This document shows positions 1 to 10,662 of a DNA stretch of 64,000 bases, one piece after another (positions within the stretch are counted from its first letter, which is position 1; each line of letters opens with the position of its first letter). The stretch covers positions 734,443 to 798,442 of the forward strand of contig CAWDSK010000002.1 in NCBI GenBank assembly GCA_963804995.1. The letters run 5' to 3'. Source of the DNA: an uncultured Acidobacteriota bacterium (lineage in GTDB: Bacteria; Acidobacteriota; Terriglobia; UBA7540). Below the pieces are notes generated by a model, which did no database searches, was not told the DNA's origin, and saw nothing but the letters and a program-made list of their open reading frames with translations. The translations under genes were made by a program, and so were the position numbers.

Positions 1-612
1 TACATTTCGATCGCCCAGGTTTATTCCCAGGCCAAGCGCTTCGAAGATGCCGAGCAAGCAGTGCACAAATCGCTGGAACTGACACCCAATACGGACGATC
101 AGGAATACGCGCTTTTCGTGCTCGCTTCCATTTACGAACGGCAGAAGAAATACGAGGTGGCGGAAGAGACGTTCAAGAAGGTGCTCGCGGTGAATCCTCT
201 GAATGCCTCTGCCTCAAACTACCTCGGCTATATGCTGGCGGACCGCGGCATCCGGCTGGAGGAATCGGTCAAGTACATCAAGAAGGCCGTGGATCTGGAG
301 CCCAATAACGGCGCCTACCTCGACAGCCTGGGCTGGGCGTACTTCAAGATGAACCGCTACGACTTGGCGGAACCACACTTGGAAAAGGCCGCCCGCCTGA
401 TTCAGAATGATCCGACTATCCACGAACACCTGGGCAATCTCTATCTGCGCATGGGTAAGTCGACGATGGCTGAGGAAGAGTGGGAGCGCGCCCTGAAGGA
501 ATGGCCCGAGGCGGTTTCCAGTGACTTCGATGCCGGGCAGGCCGCCAAGCTCCAGAAGCAGCTTGACGATTTGAAGGCCCAGGCGAAGCACGATAAATCC
601 GCGCATAAATAA
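1..612 (+). CDS. Tetratricopeptide repeat protein, C-terminal part (5' truncated by window)
   Basis: Repeated TPR helices with NYLGYMLADRG and YLDSLGWAYFK motifs; the frame is open from base 1; this type of TPR gene is commonly found upstream of ispE. Confidence 0.85.
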   Translation, partial: YISIAQVYSQAKRFEDAEQAVHKSLELTPNTDDQEYALFVLASIYERQKKYEVAEETFKKVLAVNPLNASASNYLGYMLADRGIRLEESVKYIKKAVDLEPNNGAYLDSLGWAYFKMNRYDLAEPHLEKAARLIQNDPTIHEHLGNLYLRMGKSTMAEEEWERALKEWPEAVSSDFDAGQAAKLQKQLDDLKAQAKHDKSAHK

Positions 613-781
613 ACATTCGGCATTTCCCAACGCTTCTCCCATCGCGGCGCAAAGTGGACCGCGCCGCGTCTTTCTGAGGTAAGATTCACCTGCCTGTACT
701 TGCTTCGCACCTTGCGTGCGGAGCCATCCGGAGATCATCCCGGGCTGGCCGCATGGGGTCCCGCCCGGCTGCGCACCTGCC

Positions 782-1675
782 TTGAAAAAGACACTACGCC
801 TTCGCGCTTTCGCCAAGATCAACGCGGGTCTGAAGATTCTCGCCAAACGGCCCGACGGCTATCACGAAATCCACACTGTTTACCAAACCATCGCGCTCCA
901 CGATCGCCTGAAAATCACCTTGGCGAAACCGGGGAAGGGGATTGTTGTTGAGTGCGATGACCCCAGCGTGCCCGCCGGGCGCGGCAATCTGGTTTACCGC
1001 GCCTGTGAGTCCTGGGCGAGCGCGCTCAACTGGCATGGCGGCATCGAAGTTCAAATTCAGAAGAGAATCCCGGTCGGCAGCGGGTTGGGCGGGGCTAGCA
1101 CCGACGCGGCCGCCACGCTCCTGGGCCTCGAGCGCCTCACTCGCGATCGTCTGGATTCATCCGCACGCCACAAGCTTGCAGCCGCGCTCGGCTCCGACGT
1201 TCCGCTGTTTCTGCTGGGGGGCCGTGTCCTGGGCTGTGGCCGTGGTGAGGAGATCTACCCGCTCAGCGACCTTCCCTCGCGGGCCTGCCTGGTGGTCTTT
1301 CCAGGTTTCGCGGTTTCCACGGCGGAGGCCTACCGCGAGGCTGGATTGCGGTTGACAGGGCAGGCCGGAACCGCTTACATTGGTAGTGTCGGTGCGTGGC
1401 CACAATTTCCCCTGATGAGCTGGGGACCGGCCGAGAACGACTTCGAGTACGTCGTTTTCGCGAGGTGGCCTGAGCTGGCGCGCTTGAAGCGCCGGCTTAT
1501 CCGGGCCGGGGCCGAAGTTGCTTCCTTGACGGGCAGCGGGTCTGCTGTGTACGCCCTCTTCTCTTCCGCTCGTCAAGTGGCCCACGCCTCGAAACTCATC
1601 CCCAACGGATGGCTCTCGTTCCGGACGCGCACACTGACGCGCCCCGGCTACCACCGGAAGGTATTTGTGGATTGA
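782..1675 (+). CDS. ispE: 4-diphosphocytidyl-2-C-methyl-D-erythritol kinase
   Basis: AFAKIN, DGYHEI, IPVGSGLGGAS GHMP motif, LGSDVP, LTGSGS; start uncertain (GTG 716 or TTG 782). Confidence 0.93.
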   Translation: MKKTLRLRAFAKINAGLKILAKRPDGYHEIHTVYQTIALHDRLKITLAKPGKGIVVECDDPSVPAGRGNLVYRACESWASALNWHGGIEVQIQKRIPVGSGLGGASTDAAATLLGLERLTRDRLDSSARHKLAAALGSDVPLFLLGGRVLGCGRGEEIYPLSDLPSRACLVVFPGFAVSTAEAYREAGLRLTGQAGTAYIGSVGAWPQFPLMSWGPAENDFEYVVFARWPELARLKRRLIRAGAEVASLTGSGSAVYALFSSARQVAHASKLIPNGWLSFRTRTLTRPGYHRKVFVD

Positions 1676-1768
1676 CCTATTGCATCATCGGGTCAATGAA
1701 TTATTGAATGCCTGGGGACGTGGATCGAGCCCCGCAATGGCTCAATGACCCGATGGCTCAATTTTTTT

Positions 1769-1842
1769 TGGGAGGTCGTCCAGTGGTAGGACACATGCCT
1801 TTGGAGCATGGAACTCTGGTTCGAATCCAGGCCTCCCAGCCA
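1769..1842 (+). tRNA. tRNA-Gln(TTG)
   Basis: Acceptor stem TGGGAGG/CCTCCCA, anticodon arm CATGC-CTTTGGA-GCATG, T-loop GGTTCGAATCC, encoded CCA; usual ispE-tRNA-Gln-prs position. Confidence 0.95.
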
Positions 1843-1881
1843 GTTTATGTCCCAAGTTGATAGGTTCGCGCGTGAGGTGAA

Positions 1882-2838
1882 ATGAATTCCGAAAGGGTTC
1901 GGCACACGCTCAAGGTTTTCACAGGAAACGCACATCCGGCGCTGGCGCGGGAGATCTGTGCTGACTTGGGGGTGCCGTTGGGGAAGGCCCACGTGGGCCG
2001 CTTTCCGGATGGCGAAGTGCGGCTGCAAATCCAAGAAAACGTGCGCGGCGCCGACGTTTTCGTCATTCAGCCCACTTGCCGCCCCGTGAATGACAACCTG
2101 GTGGAGTTGCTGGTCATGCTCGATGCCTTAAGCCGTGCCTCCGCCAATCGCATCACGGCCGTGATGCCTTATTTTGCTTACGCCCGCCAGGACCGCAAGG
2201 ACCGGCCGCGCGTGCCCATCTCTTCGAAACTGGTGGCGGACCTGCTGACCTCCGCGGGAGCTGACCGCGTGCTGGCGCTGGAACTGCACACGGGCCAGAT
2301 TCAGGGATTCTTTGATATTCCTGTGGATCACCTCTACGCCACGCCGGTCACGGTGGCTTATTTTCGCCGCTTGAAGTTGAAGAACCTGGTGGTGGTTTCG
2401 CCTGATACCGGCGGTGTGGATCGCGCCCGGGGCTTTGCCAAAAAGATGAGCGTGCCTCTGGCGATTATTGACAAGCGCCGGGAAGACGCGAACGTCGTGG
2501 AAATGTTCAACGTTATCGGCGAAGTCGAAGGCATGACCTGTTTGATTGTCGACGATATGGTGGATACCGCCGGGACGCTGGCCAAGGGCGCCCAGGCGCT
2601 GATCGACAAAGGTGCAGCAAAAGTTTACGCCTGCTGCACGCACGGAGTCTTCGCCGATAATGCCATCAAGAAGATCAGCGCGGCGCCGCTGGAGCAAGTG
2701 GTGGCAACGAACTCCATTCCCCTTACTGCGGAAGCGGAGCAGTGCGGCAAGATCAAAGTTTTAAGTGTGGGCAAGTTGCTGGCGCACGCCATCCGTTCCA
2801 TTCATGACGAGACTTCCGTTAGCAAGCTCTTCATTTGA
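1882..2838 (+). CDS. prs: Ribose-phosphate pyrophosphokinase
   Basis: FPDGE, PYFAYARQDRK, VSPDTGG, IVDDMVDTAGT PRPP-binding motif. Confidence 0.97.
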   Translation: MNSERVRHTLKVFTGNAHPALAREICADLGVPLGKAHVGRFPDGEVRLQIQENVRGADVFVIQPTCRPVNDNLVELLVMLDALSRASANRITAVMPYFAYARQDRKDRPRVPISSKLVADLLTSAGADRVLALELHTGQIQGFFDIPVDHLYATPVTVAYFRRLKLKNLVVVSPDTGGVDRARGFAKKMSVPLAIIDKRREDANVVEMFNVIGEVEGMTCLIVDDMVDTAGTLAKGAQALIDKGAAKVYACCTHGVFADNAIKKISAAPLEQVVATNSIPLTAEAEQCGKIKVLSVGKLLAHAIRSIHDETSVSKLFI

Positions 2839-2885
2839 AGAACCGAAGGCGCGAGCACAACCCTCACGACGAGGAGTAGAAAGCC

Positions 2886-3599
2886 ATGAGCCAAGCATTT
2901 ACTGTGGAAGCTGAGCCCCGCGAGGATTTCGGCAAAAACGCGGCGCGGCGCACGCGGCGCGCGGGACGCATCCCCGGCATCGTCTACGGTGGAGGCGGCC
3001 CCGTGATTCCGGTCACCGTGGATCCGGAGGGAATACGCGAAATCCTCCACTCGGAATCGGGCCACAACGCCATCTTCACGTTGGAAGTTCGGGGTAAAGC
3101 GCCGGCGCGCGCCATGATTCGCGACTGGCAGTCGGAGCCTATACGCGGCGGCCTCCTGCACGTCGATTTGGTGCGTATTGCGCTGGATACCAAACTGAAA
3201 TTGAAGGTTCCGATCCACATTACCGGCGAGCCCCAGGGCGTGAAAGTGCAGGGTGGAATTCTTGAGTTCATCCTGCGCGAGATCGAAGTTGAGTGCCTCC
3301 CGGACAACATCCCGGAGGCCATCACCGTGGACGTCACGCCGCTCACTATCGGCCAAAACCTGCGCGTAGCGGATCTGCCCTTGGGGCCTAAGGTGAAAGT
3401 CCTGACCGATGCAAACCGCGTCGTGGCGCATGTGGTCGTCTTGAAGGCGGAAGAAGAGAAGCCGGCGGAGGTGGCGGAGGCCGCGCCCGCCGAACCTGAG
3501 GTCATCCGCAAGGGTAAGACAGAAGAAGAAGGCGCCGAGGAAGAAGCCGGCGGAGAGAAGAAAGAAAAGGGCAAGGAAAAGGGCAAGGAGAAGGATTAA
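2886..3599 (+). CDS. rplY: 50S ribosomal protein bL25 (long Ctc type)
   Basis: GKNAARRTRRAGRIPGIVYG, LLHVDL, GVKVQGG, acidic C-terminal tail; GAGGAG RBS. Confidence 0.95.
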   Translation: MSQAFTVEAEPREDFGKNAARRTRRAGRIPGIVYGGGGPVIPVTVDPEGIREILHSESGHNAIFTLEVRGKAPARAMIRDWQSEPIRGGLLHVDLVRIALDTKLKLKVPIHITGEPQGVKVQGGILEFILREIEVECLPDNIPEAITVDVTPLTIGQNLRVADLPLGPKVKVLTDANRVVAHVVVLKAEEEKPAEVAEAAPAEPEVIRKGKTEEEGAEEEAGGEKKEKGKEKGKEKD

Positions 3600-3666
3600 C
3601 CGCGGGCATGAGCCCGAATTTCGAGTTTCCCTTTTCGAGTTTCGATTCTCAGGTTTCGGGTTCTGT

Positions 3667-4248
3667 GTGAAGCTGATCGTTGGTTTGGGGAACCCCGGCT
3701 ACGAGTACCACCGGACACCTCACAACCTGGGGTTCATGGCCATCGACCGCTTGGCAGATGCTTGTGGCGTGCAATTGGCGCGCCGCGAAGCACAGGCGCT
3801 GACGGCCTCTACGGAACTCGCGGGTGTGCGCGTGGTGCTCGCCAAGCCGCAGACCTACATGAACCTGAGCGGTCTGGCGGTGGCGCGATTGCTCCAGAAC
3901 CACGAACTTGCTTCGCGTGACCTGCTGGTGCTGGTCGACGAGATTGAATTGCCGCTGGGCACGCTGCGTATACGCCCGCGCGGCAGCGCCGGCGGGCACA
4001 ATGGATTGAAATCCATCATCGGCGCGCTGGAGACCGATGATTTCACGCGGCTGCGAATGGGTGTGCGGCCGGACCGGCAAGTGGAAGATTACGTCTCCTA
4101 TCTCCTGGGGGCGTTCCGCCCGGCGGAGTGGGAGTTGGTGACGGAAATGCTCGACCAGGCCAGCGAGGCCGTCCGGGTGATTCTTTTGGAAGGTGTGCAA
4201 AAGGCGATGAACCGCTTCAACCGGCGTGTTCCATCCCCAGAGTCGTGA
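3667..4248 (+). CDS. pth: Peptidyl-tRNA hydrolase
   Basis: LIVGLGNPG, TPHNLGF, KPQTYMNLSG, GGHNGLKSI. Confidence 0.97.
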   Translation: MKLIVGLGNPGYEYHRTPHNLGFMAIDRLADACGVQLARREAQALTASTELAGVRVVLAKPQTYMNLSGLAVARLLQNHELASRDLLVLVDEIELPLGTLRIRPRGSAGGHNGLKSIIGALETDDFTRLRMGVRPDRQVEDYVSYLLGAFRPAEWELVTEMLDQASEAVRVILLEGVQKAMNRFNRRVPSPES

Positions 4249-4254
4249 GGTCCC

Positions 4255-4668
4255 ATGCGTAATTACGAGATGATTTTTATTGTGCGGCCCGATGTGGCTG
4301 ACGATGACGTGCAAAAGCTCATCACGCAGATGGAAGGCGTAGTGGGCTCGGCAGGCGGCAAAGTGGAGAAGGTCGAAAAGATGGGCCGCCGCCGGCTGGC
4401 TTATCGCGTCCACAAACAGCGCGAGGGTTTCTACGTGCTCTTCTACGTGCAGGGCACGGGAGACACGATCCGCGAATTTGAGCGCCGTCTCAAGGTGACC
4501 GACACCGTGATCAAGTATCTCACCGTGTGCACGGACGAGATTTTACAGCGCGCGGAGAAATTTAAGGCTCTGCGGACCAAGCAGGAGGCCAAGCGTCGCC
4601 GGAGCAAGCCTGCTCCCGCTCCGGCACCCATGCCCCCCGTCGCTCCGGCTGAAACCGCGCAGGCATAA
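4255..4668 (+). CDS. rpsF: 30S ribosomal protein bS6
   Basis: [24 protein letters not shown]. Confidence 0.95.
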   Translation: MRNYEMIFIVRPDVADDDVQKLITQMEGVVGSAGGKVEKVEKMGRRRLAYRVHKQREGFYVLFYVQGTGDTIREFERRLKVTDTVIKYLTVCTDEILQRAEKFKALRTKQEAKRRRSKPAPAPAPMPPVAPAETAQA

Positions 4669-4682
4669 AGGAGTCAATAACC

Positions 4683-4982
4683 ATGGCTTATCCCAAAGAA
4701 AACGCGCCCCCCGGAGAACGCCCGCCCCGGCGGGAAGGGGGAGGAGGCGGCGGAGGCCGAAAGCAATACTTCCGCCGGCGCAAGGTCTGCAAGTTCTGCG
4801 AAGAGAAAATCGATGTGATCGATTTCAAGGATGTGCGGCTGGTTGGTGAGTTCATCGCCGAGCGCGGCAAGATTCTGCCCCGTCGTCTGACCGGCACCTG
4901 CTCCACGCATCAACGCGCGCTGTCCGAAGCCATTAAGCGCGCCCGGAATATAGCCCTGCTGCCGTTCGCGGCGGGAACCTAA
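4683..4982 (+). CDS. rpsR: 30S ribosomal protein bS18 (Zn-ligand form)
   Basis: [37 protein letters not shown]. Confidence 0.96.
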   Translation: MAYPKENAPPGERPPRREGGGGGGGRKQYFRRRKVCKFCEEKIDVIDFKDVRLVGEFIAERGKILPRRLTGTCSTHQRALSEAIKRARNIALLPFAAGT

Positions 4983-5079
4983 ACGCCAGCGGCGCACTGT
5001 TGCCGCCGGGAAAGGACGCCCCAGCCGGGGCGTTCCCCCGCCCGCGCCGCCGTGCCGTTTCAATTCAGGGAGTCTCCGT

Positions 5080-5661
5080 ATGGAAGTTATCCTTTTAGAG
5101 AATATTGATAAAATTGGAACGCGCGGCCAGGTGGTGAAGGTGGCCGCGGGATATGGGCGCAACTTCTTGTTGCCCAAGAAGCTGGCCGTGGCGGCCACTC
5201 CGCAGAACCGCAAGTGGGTGGAGCAGCAGCGCGTCCGCTTCCTCAAGCTGGAAGCCAAGGAGAAAGCTGACGCCGCCGACCTCGCTACACTTCTTCAGGA
5301 TGTTAGCGTCACCTTGATCCGCAAAGCCGGTGAAAAGGGTAACCTCTTCGGCTCCGTCACCTCGATGGACGTTGCGGAAAAGCTGCTGGCCCAGGGCTAC
5401 CATATTGACAAGCGCAAGATCCAGATCAGCACCCCCATCAAGGTGCTGGGCGAGTATGGCGTCCCCGTCAAGCTGCACCGGGAAGTGACGGCGACGGTCA
5501 AGGTGCTTGTCGAGCCCGATGAGGAATCGCGAGCCAAGATCCAGACCGCCGCGGAAGCCAAGGCGAAGGCGGCTGCCAAAGCACCGCCCCCCCCGGCCCA
5601 GGAAACTGCGGTTGCCCCTGCGGAGGCTCCTGCCGCCGAAGCTACTCCAGAAAACGAGTAG
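5080..5661 (+). CDS. rplI: 50S ribosomal protein bL9
   Basis: MEVILLE, GYGRNFLLP, LFGSVT, VKLHREV. Confidence 0.96.
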   Translation: MEVILLENIDKIGTRGQVVKVAAGYGRNFLLPKKLAVAATPQNRKWVEQQRVRFLKLEAKEKADAADLATLLQDVSVTLIRKAGEKGNLFGSVTSMDVAEKLLAQGYHIDKRKIQISTPIKVLGEYGVPVKLHREVTATVKVLVEPDEESRAKIQTAAEAKAKAAAKAPPPPAQETAVAPAEAPAAEATPENE

Positions 5662-6146
5662 CCGTACCCGCTCCGCCTTACCCCAACTCACCCCTCTGCC
5701 TCTGGCAGAGGGCGGGTGAAGAGTTTCCTTGCCTCTGATGAGAACTCTTATTTCCTAAAGTCGGCTGAACATCCCACCCCACGCCTCCTCAGCGACCCTC
5801 ACGAGAAATCCACAGCCCCGCCTGACTTCTCCACAGGTATTCGAGGCCTTGCACAGGAATTCCACAACCCGTGAGCACCTTTTCCTGTACTCCATCCTTG
5901 GGATGCTGCACACTTCATGACCAGTAGAGTCAGAGCACGTATCAAGAAAAGACATTCGCTTTGGCAGCGGGCGCCCCGAACTCCTCCGGGCCGGGCCATG
6001 AGGTGGCACGCCAGAAAGGCTGCCGCAATTTTCGCCGCGCTTGAAGCCAGCGCTGGCGGGTGTACGGTGCGGGTCATGCAATCTTCCCCCGGCCGTTGCT
6101 GGGGTGACCACAGCGGGTCGAGATAGTGTAAAATTGGAATCAGCCG

Positions 6147-7526
6147 ATGCCCACCGCGACGATCAACGACCGGACTGTTCCTCATAATCTGGAAGCGGAA
6201 CGCGCTCTGTTGGGCTCGATTTTGCTCAACAACAGCGCCCTGAACTCCGCCCTGGAAGTCCTCTCGAAGGAAGACTTCTATTCGGAATCCCACCGCCTGA
6301 TCTTCGAAAAAATGGTTGTGCTGTCGGAGAAGAGCCGCCCCATCGATTTGGTAACGCTCTCAGAAGAGCTTTCGAGGGACGGCTGGCTGGAAAAGTCCGG
6401 CGGGGCGGCGTATCTCGCTGCGCTTACGGACGGCGTCCCCATCGGTACCCTGGCGGCGGTGGGAGAATACTGCCGCATCGTCAAAGAGAAATCCACGGTC
6501 CGCCGCTTGATCAACGCCTCCAGTAACGTGATCTCGAGGTGCCTGGAAGGCACGGATGACCCCGAGACGCTGATCGACCTCGCGCAGACCCAGGTTTTCG
6601 ACATCGCTGAGCAGCGCGTGCAATCGGGGTTCTCAACCATCCGCGAAATCGTCAAAACGAGCTTCGGTCAAATTAATGTCTTGTTCGACCGCGGCCAGCG
6701 TGTGACCGGCATTGAGACGGGTTTCGTGGACCTTGATAATATGACCTCCGGGTTGCAAGCGGGTGAGTTGATTGTGGTTGCGGCGCGTCCCTCCTTGGGC
6801 AAAACTGCGTTGGCCCTCAACATTTCCGCCCACGCTGCCATCGAAGGCCGTAGGAAAGTGGGGGTCTTTTCGCTCGAAATGAGCAAAGAATCACTGGTCA
6901 TCCGCCTGCTCTGCTCGGAGGCGCGCATTGACAGTCACAAGCTGCGCACCGGCTTTTCCAACCGTGACGACTGGAAGAGGATGACCGACGCTTTGGGCAG
7001 GCTGTCGGAAGCGCCGCTTTATATCGATGACACGCCCGCTCTGAGTATCATGCAGATTCGCGCCAAGGCCCGGCGCATGAAAGCGGAAAAAGGACTTGAC
7101 CTGCTTATCGTGGATTACCTGCAACTGGTTTCCGGCCATGGCCGTTTTGAGAACCGCACCCAGGAAGTCAGTTACATTTCACGCGGCCTGAAGAGTATCG
7201 CCAAGGAACTGCACGTCCCGGTGTTGGCGCTCTCACAGTTGAGCCGTGCCCCGGAGCAGCGCCCCGGCCAGCGCCCGCAACTTTCGGACCTCCGTGAGTC
7301 CGGGTCAATCGAACAGGATGCCGACGTGGTAATCTTCATCTTCCGGGAGCGGAAGTCAGCCGAGGAGCAGGAGGGCGAAGAAGAGTTTGTGCACGGCGGC
7401 TCCGAAACTCGGCTGATCATTGGTAAACAGCGCAACGGTCCCACCGGAGAAGTCCCGGTTGTCTTCCTGAAGCCCTATGCTAAATTCGAAAACAAGGCTC
7501 ACGAAGACGGTGGGGCCTACGCGTGA
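6147..7526 (+). CDS. dnaB: Replicative DNA helicase
   Basis: PHNLEAERALLG, AARPSLGKT Walker A, FSLEM, VDYLQL, LSDLRESGSIEQDAD, KQRNGPTG. Confidence 0.97.
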   Translation: MPTATINDRTVPHNLEAERALLGSILLNNSALNSALEVLSKEDFYSESHRLIFEKMVVLSEKSRPIDLVTLSEELSRDGWLEKSGGAAYLAALTDGVPIGTLAAVGEYCRIVKEKSTVRRLINASSNVISRCLEGTDDPETLIDLAQTQVFDIAEQRVQSGFSTIREIVKTSFGQINVLFDRGQRVTGIETGFVDLDNMTSGLQAGELIVVAARPSLGKTALALNISAHAAIEGRRKVGVFSLEMSKESLVIRLLCSEARIDSHKLRTGFSNRDDWKRMTDALGRLSEAPLYIDDTPALSIMQIRAKARRMKAEKGLDLLIVDYLQLVSGHGRFENRTQEVSYISRGLKSIAKELHVPVLALSQLSRAPEQRPGQRPQLSDLRESGSIEQDADVVIFIFRERKSAEEQEGEEEFVHGGSETRLIIGKQRNGPTGEVPVVFLKPYAKFENKAHEDGGAYA

Positions 7527-7683
7527 GCAAGCCGGCACCTGGCGAGGAAACAAACGCGCTACGGTTGAGTGATCTGGAATTCTGAATCTTGAATCTGACA
7601 TTTCAGATCTCAAATTCTGAATCTTATTACTGGAAGGCCGACGTAACGTCCTGGGGCTATCCTATCTGAATAATACGTTTTCT

Positions 7684-8835
7684 GTGAGCCACCCAACTGA
7701 TAAACTCCTCCGTCCGACCTGGGTCGAGATTTCGCTCTCCAAGCTGCGGCGCAACTATCAGCGTGTCCGTGATCTGGCCGGCGCGCGCAAGGTCATGGCC
7801 GTCGTAAAAGCCGACGCCTACGGCCATGGCGCCGTACCAGTCGCGATGTGTCTGGCTGCGTGCGGTGTGGATTGGTTCGGCGTGGCAACGGTCGAGGAGG
7901 CCCTGGAACTGCGCGCAGCGGGAATCCAGCAGCCGGTGCTGCTGTTGGGCGGGCTTTACATGAGCGACCCCGCCCACTTGATCGAATACCGGCTGACGCC
8001 CTCGATATCCTCCACTATGCGCCTCGACACTTACGCGGAGTGCGCGCACCGCTACGGCCGGCCGATAGAATTTCACTTGAAAGTGGATTCCGGGCTGGGG
8101 CGTCTGGGCTTGCCGCTTGACCGTGTCGCAGCGTTCGTTGAACATTACCGCGAGCTGGAGGGGCTGCAAATGAAGGGGCTCTTTACGCATCTGGCATCGG
8201 CAGAAGACCTCGTAGCCTCACAGACTGATGAGCAAGCGCAGCGCTTTACGGCAGTGCTCGAGCAAATGCATAGGCTGCGAGTTGAACCGGAATGGATTCA
8301 TGTCTCGAACAGTGCGGCGCTGCTGACCGGCCGGAAGTTCTCTGAAAACCTGGTGCGTGCGGGTGCGCTGCTTTACGGCTATTGTATGCCGCTGGTGGTG
8401 CTGCCGGGGCAGGAGCTTCCCAAGGTCCCGGAATTTGAACCCATTCTGACTTTCAAGTCCAGGATTGTCTATATGAAGGATGTTCCCAGCGGCACCCCGT
8501 TGGGTTATGGCGCAGCGTTCTTCACTCGCCGGCCATCGCGCATCGCTACGGTGCCGGTTGGTTACGCCGACGGTCTCAGCCATGCGCTTTCTAACCGCGG
8601 CTATGCCATTGTGCGCGGCAGGCGCGCGCGCATCGTGGGCAGCGTCAGCATGGACCTGTCGCTCCTCAACGCCACTGACATTTCCGGAACGGACATCGGC
8701 GACGAAGTTATCCTGATCGGCGAATCAAACCACAGCTCGATTACCGCCATCGAAATCGCCCAACTGCTCGATACGGTTCCCTACGAAGTCCTCTGCTCTA
8801 TCGGCAAACGCGTGCCGCGGATTTATGTGGATTGA
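7684..8835 (+). CDS. alr: Alanine racemase
   Basis: AVVKADAYGHG PLP lysine motif, HLKVDSG, VGYADG, VSMD, YEVLC. Confidence 0.96.
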   Translation: MSHPTDKLLRPTWVEISLSKLRRNYQRVRDLAGARKVMAVVKADAYGHGAVPVAMCLAACGVDWFGVATVEEALELRAAGIQQPVLLLGGLYMSDPAHLIEYRLTPSISSTMRLDTYAECAHRYGRPIEFHLKVDSGLGRLGLPLDRVAAFVEHYRELEGLQMKGLFTHLASAEDLVASQTDEQAQRFTAVLEQMHRLRVEPEWIHVSNSAALLTGRKFSENLVRAGALLYGYCMPLVVLPGQELPKVPEFEPILTFKSRIVYMKDVPSGTPLGYGAAFFTRRPSRIATVPVGYADGLSHALSNRGYAIVRGRRARIVGSVSMDLSLLNATDISGTDIGDEVILIGESNHSSITAIEIAQLLDTVPYEVLCSIGKRVPRIYVD

Positions 8836-8981
8836 TTACGGTGCGCCTCAACGGACGGAAGCACCACGAACACCCCACCCAGTCCCAGGGGAGAGGGTGC
8901 CCGATGGACGATGGCGGGTGGGGGGTTCTTCTTAACTTGCCCGATTACCCCTGGAATGATTGCCCACCTTGGGACGCAATT

Positions 8982-9689
8982 TCAGTTCCCCCCGGGATTA
9001 CGCTCTGCAAAGAATTCCGGAAAGACCTTTCGGTAGATCGCCATCCCCAGCGCCGCGTGCATACCGAGTTTTTCGAGCGCCAGGATTTCTTCGTCGGTGG
9101 TGATGCCGCCCGCGGCGGTGATAGGAAGTTCGGTGACAGCGCGCAAGCTGCGGAACCAATCTAAATTTGTTCCTTGAAGCCTTCCTTCCGCATCGATATA
9201 CGTACAAAGGAATCCCGAACAATAGGGCTCAAGTTGCGGCAACGCCTGGGCGGAGGTGATCGGCAGGGTTTCCCGCCAGCCGCGAATGGCCACGCGGTCG
9301 CCCAGAGAATCCACGGCGATCAGGATTCTTTCACGCGGTACGGCGGCCACGAGGCTGCGCAGGAATTCATCATTGACGCCCTGCGAGGTGAAGGCGCTGC
9401 TGCCCACAATCACCTGCGACGCACCGTCATTAACCACTGCCTGCGCGCGCTCAACGGTGCGAATGCCGCCGCCCACCCGGCAGGGCTTGCGTCGGCAAAG
9501 CTCGCGGACGATCGCCTCGTTGTTCTCCGCCTTGCCCATCGCCGCGTCGAGATCAATTACTTGGATTTCCGGGTAGCTCGAAAATTTCTCAAGCACGGCC
9601 ACGGCGTCAGGCAATTCCAGGAATTTCTCTTTGCCTTGGACAAGTTGCACGACCTTGCGAGCCATCAAATCGATGCAGGGGATGATCAT
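8982..9689 (-). CDS. hisA: ProFAR isomerase HisA (divergent type)
   Basis: IIPCIDL, VIDLDAA, VGGGIR, AAGGI; last gene of the his operon. Confidence 0.85.
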   Translation of the reverse strand: MIIPCIDLMARKVVQLVQGKEKFLELPDAVAVLEKFSSYPEIQVIDLDAAMGKAENNEAIVRELCRRKPCRVGGGIRTVERAQAVVNDGASQVIVGSSAFTSQGVNDEFLRSLVAAVPRERILIAVDSLGDRVAIRGWRETLPITSAQALPQLEPYCSGFLCTYIDAEGRLQGTNLDWFRSLRAVTELPITAAGGITTDEEILALEKLGMHAALGMAIYRKVFPEFFAERNPGGN

Positions 9690-9724
9690 GGAGACACCGG
9701 TTTTAGGTTCTTGGGACTGGGGCC

Positions 9725-10579
9725 TTAAATCCTAACCGGCACGCCTCGCGTGCGCAGGTACTCTTTCAAACTGCGAATCGTGTGCGTCTCATAGTGAAAA
9801 ATCGACGCGGCCAAGGCGGCGTCGGCGGCGCCTTGCAAAAACACTTCGGCGATATGCTCCGGGCTGCCTGCCCCTCCGGAGGCAATGACTGGGATGTGCA
9901 GCGCGCGTGCGATGGTTGCGGTCAAGGCGCAGTCGAAGCCCGCTTGCGTTCCGTCCGCATCCATCGAGGTCAGCAGGATTTCGCCCGCGCCCAGTTCCTC
10001 AACGCGACGCGCCCACTCGAGAGCGTCGATGCCCGTGGGTTTCGTCCCGCCGTAAGTCACGACTTCCCAGTGAGGTGATTGCTGATCTGCCGAAGGCTTT
10101 GAGGAATTCTCCGACTCGATATGCGAAGCCCCGCTCTCCGCTGCCAGCGAGTCCCGAGTTTCGGGCGTCGCCTTTCGAACCCGCCGCGCATCGATCGCTA
10201 CCACGATAGCCTGCCGCCCGTAGTTTTCCGCGATAACTCGGACCACCTCAGGCGATTCCACGGCCGCCGTGTTGATGGCAACCTTGTCGGCCCCGGCGGA
10301 AAGTAATCGCCGCGCGTCATCGAGCGCCCGAACTCCCCCGCCCACGGTGAGGGGAATAAAGAGCCGTCGGGCCACACGCCGCACAGTGTCCATCAGTGTC
10401 ACACGGCCTTCGCGCGAGGCAGAGATATCGAGCATCACAAGTTCGTCCGCGCCCTCGCGGTTGTACATCTCCGCCAGGTCACCAGGGTCACCGGCATCGC
10501 GCAGATTGACGAACCGGATGCCCTTGACCACACGGCCGTCCTTGCAGTCCAGGCACGGAATGATGCGTTTGGCGAACAT
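9725..10579 (-). CDS. hisF: Imidazole glycerol phosphate synthase cyclase subunit
   Basis: [43 protein letters not shown]. Confidence 0.96.
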   Translation of the reverse strand: MFAKRIIPCLDCKDGRVVKGIRFVNLRDAGDPGDLAEMYNREGADELVMLDISASREGRVTLMDTVRRVARRLFIPLTVGGGVRALDDARRLLSAGADKVAINTAAVESPEVVRVIAENYGRQAIVVAIDARRVRKATPETRDSLAAESGASHIESENSSKPSADQQSPHWEVVTYGGTKPTGIDALEWARRVEELGAGEILLTSMDADGTQAGFDCALTATIARALHIPVIASGGAGSPEHIAEVFLQGAADAALAASIFHYETHTIRSLKEYLRTRGVPVRI

Positions 10580-10662
10580 GGTTTGGCCGTCAGCAATCAG
10601 CGCGCAGCTTTCAGCTAAAGCTTTTGCCGCTTTGGGCTGACCACTGACAGCTCTCGCTCCCC

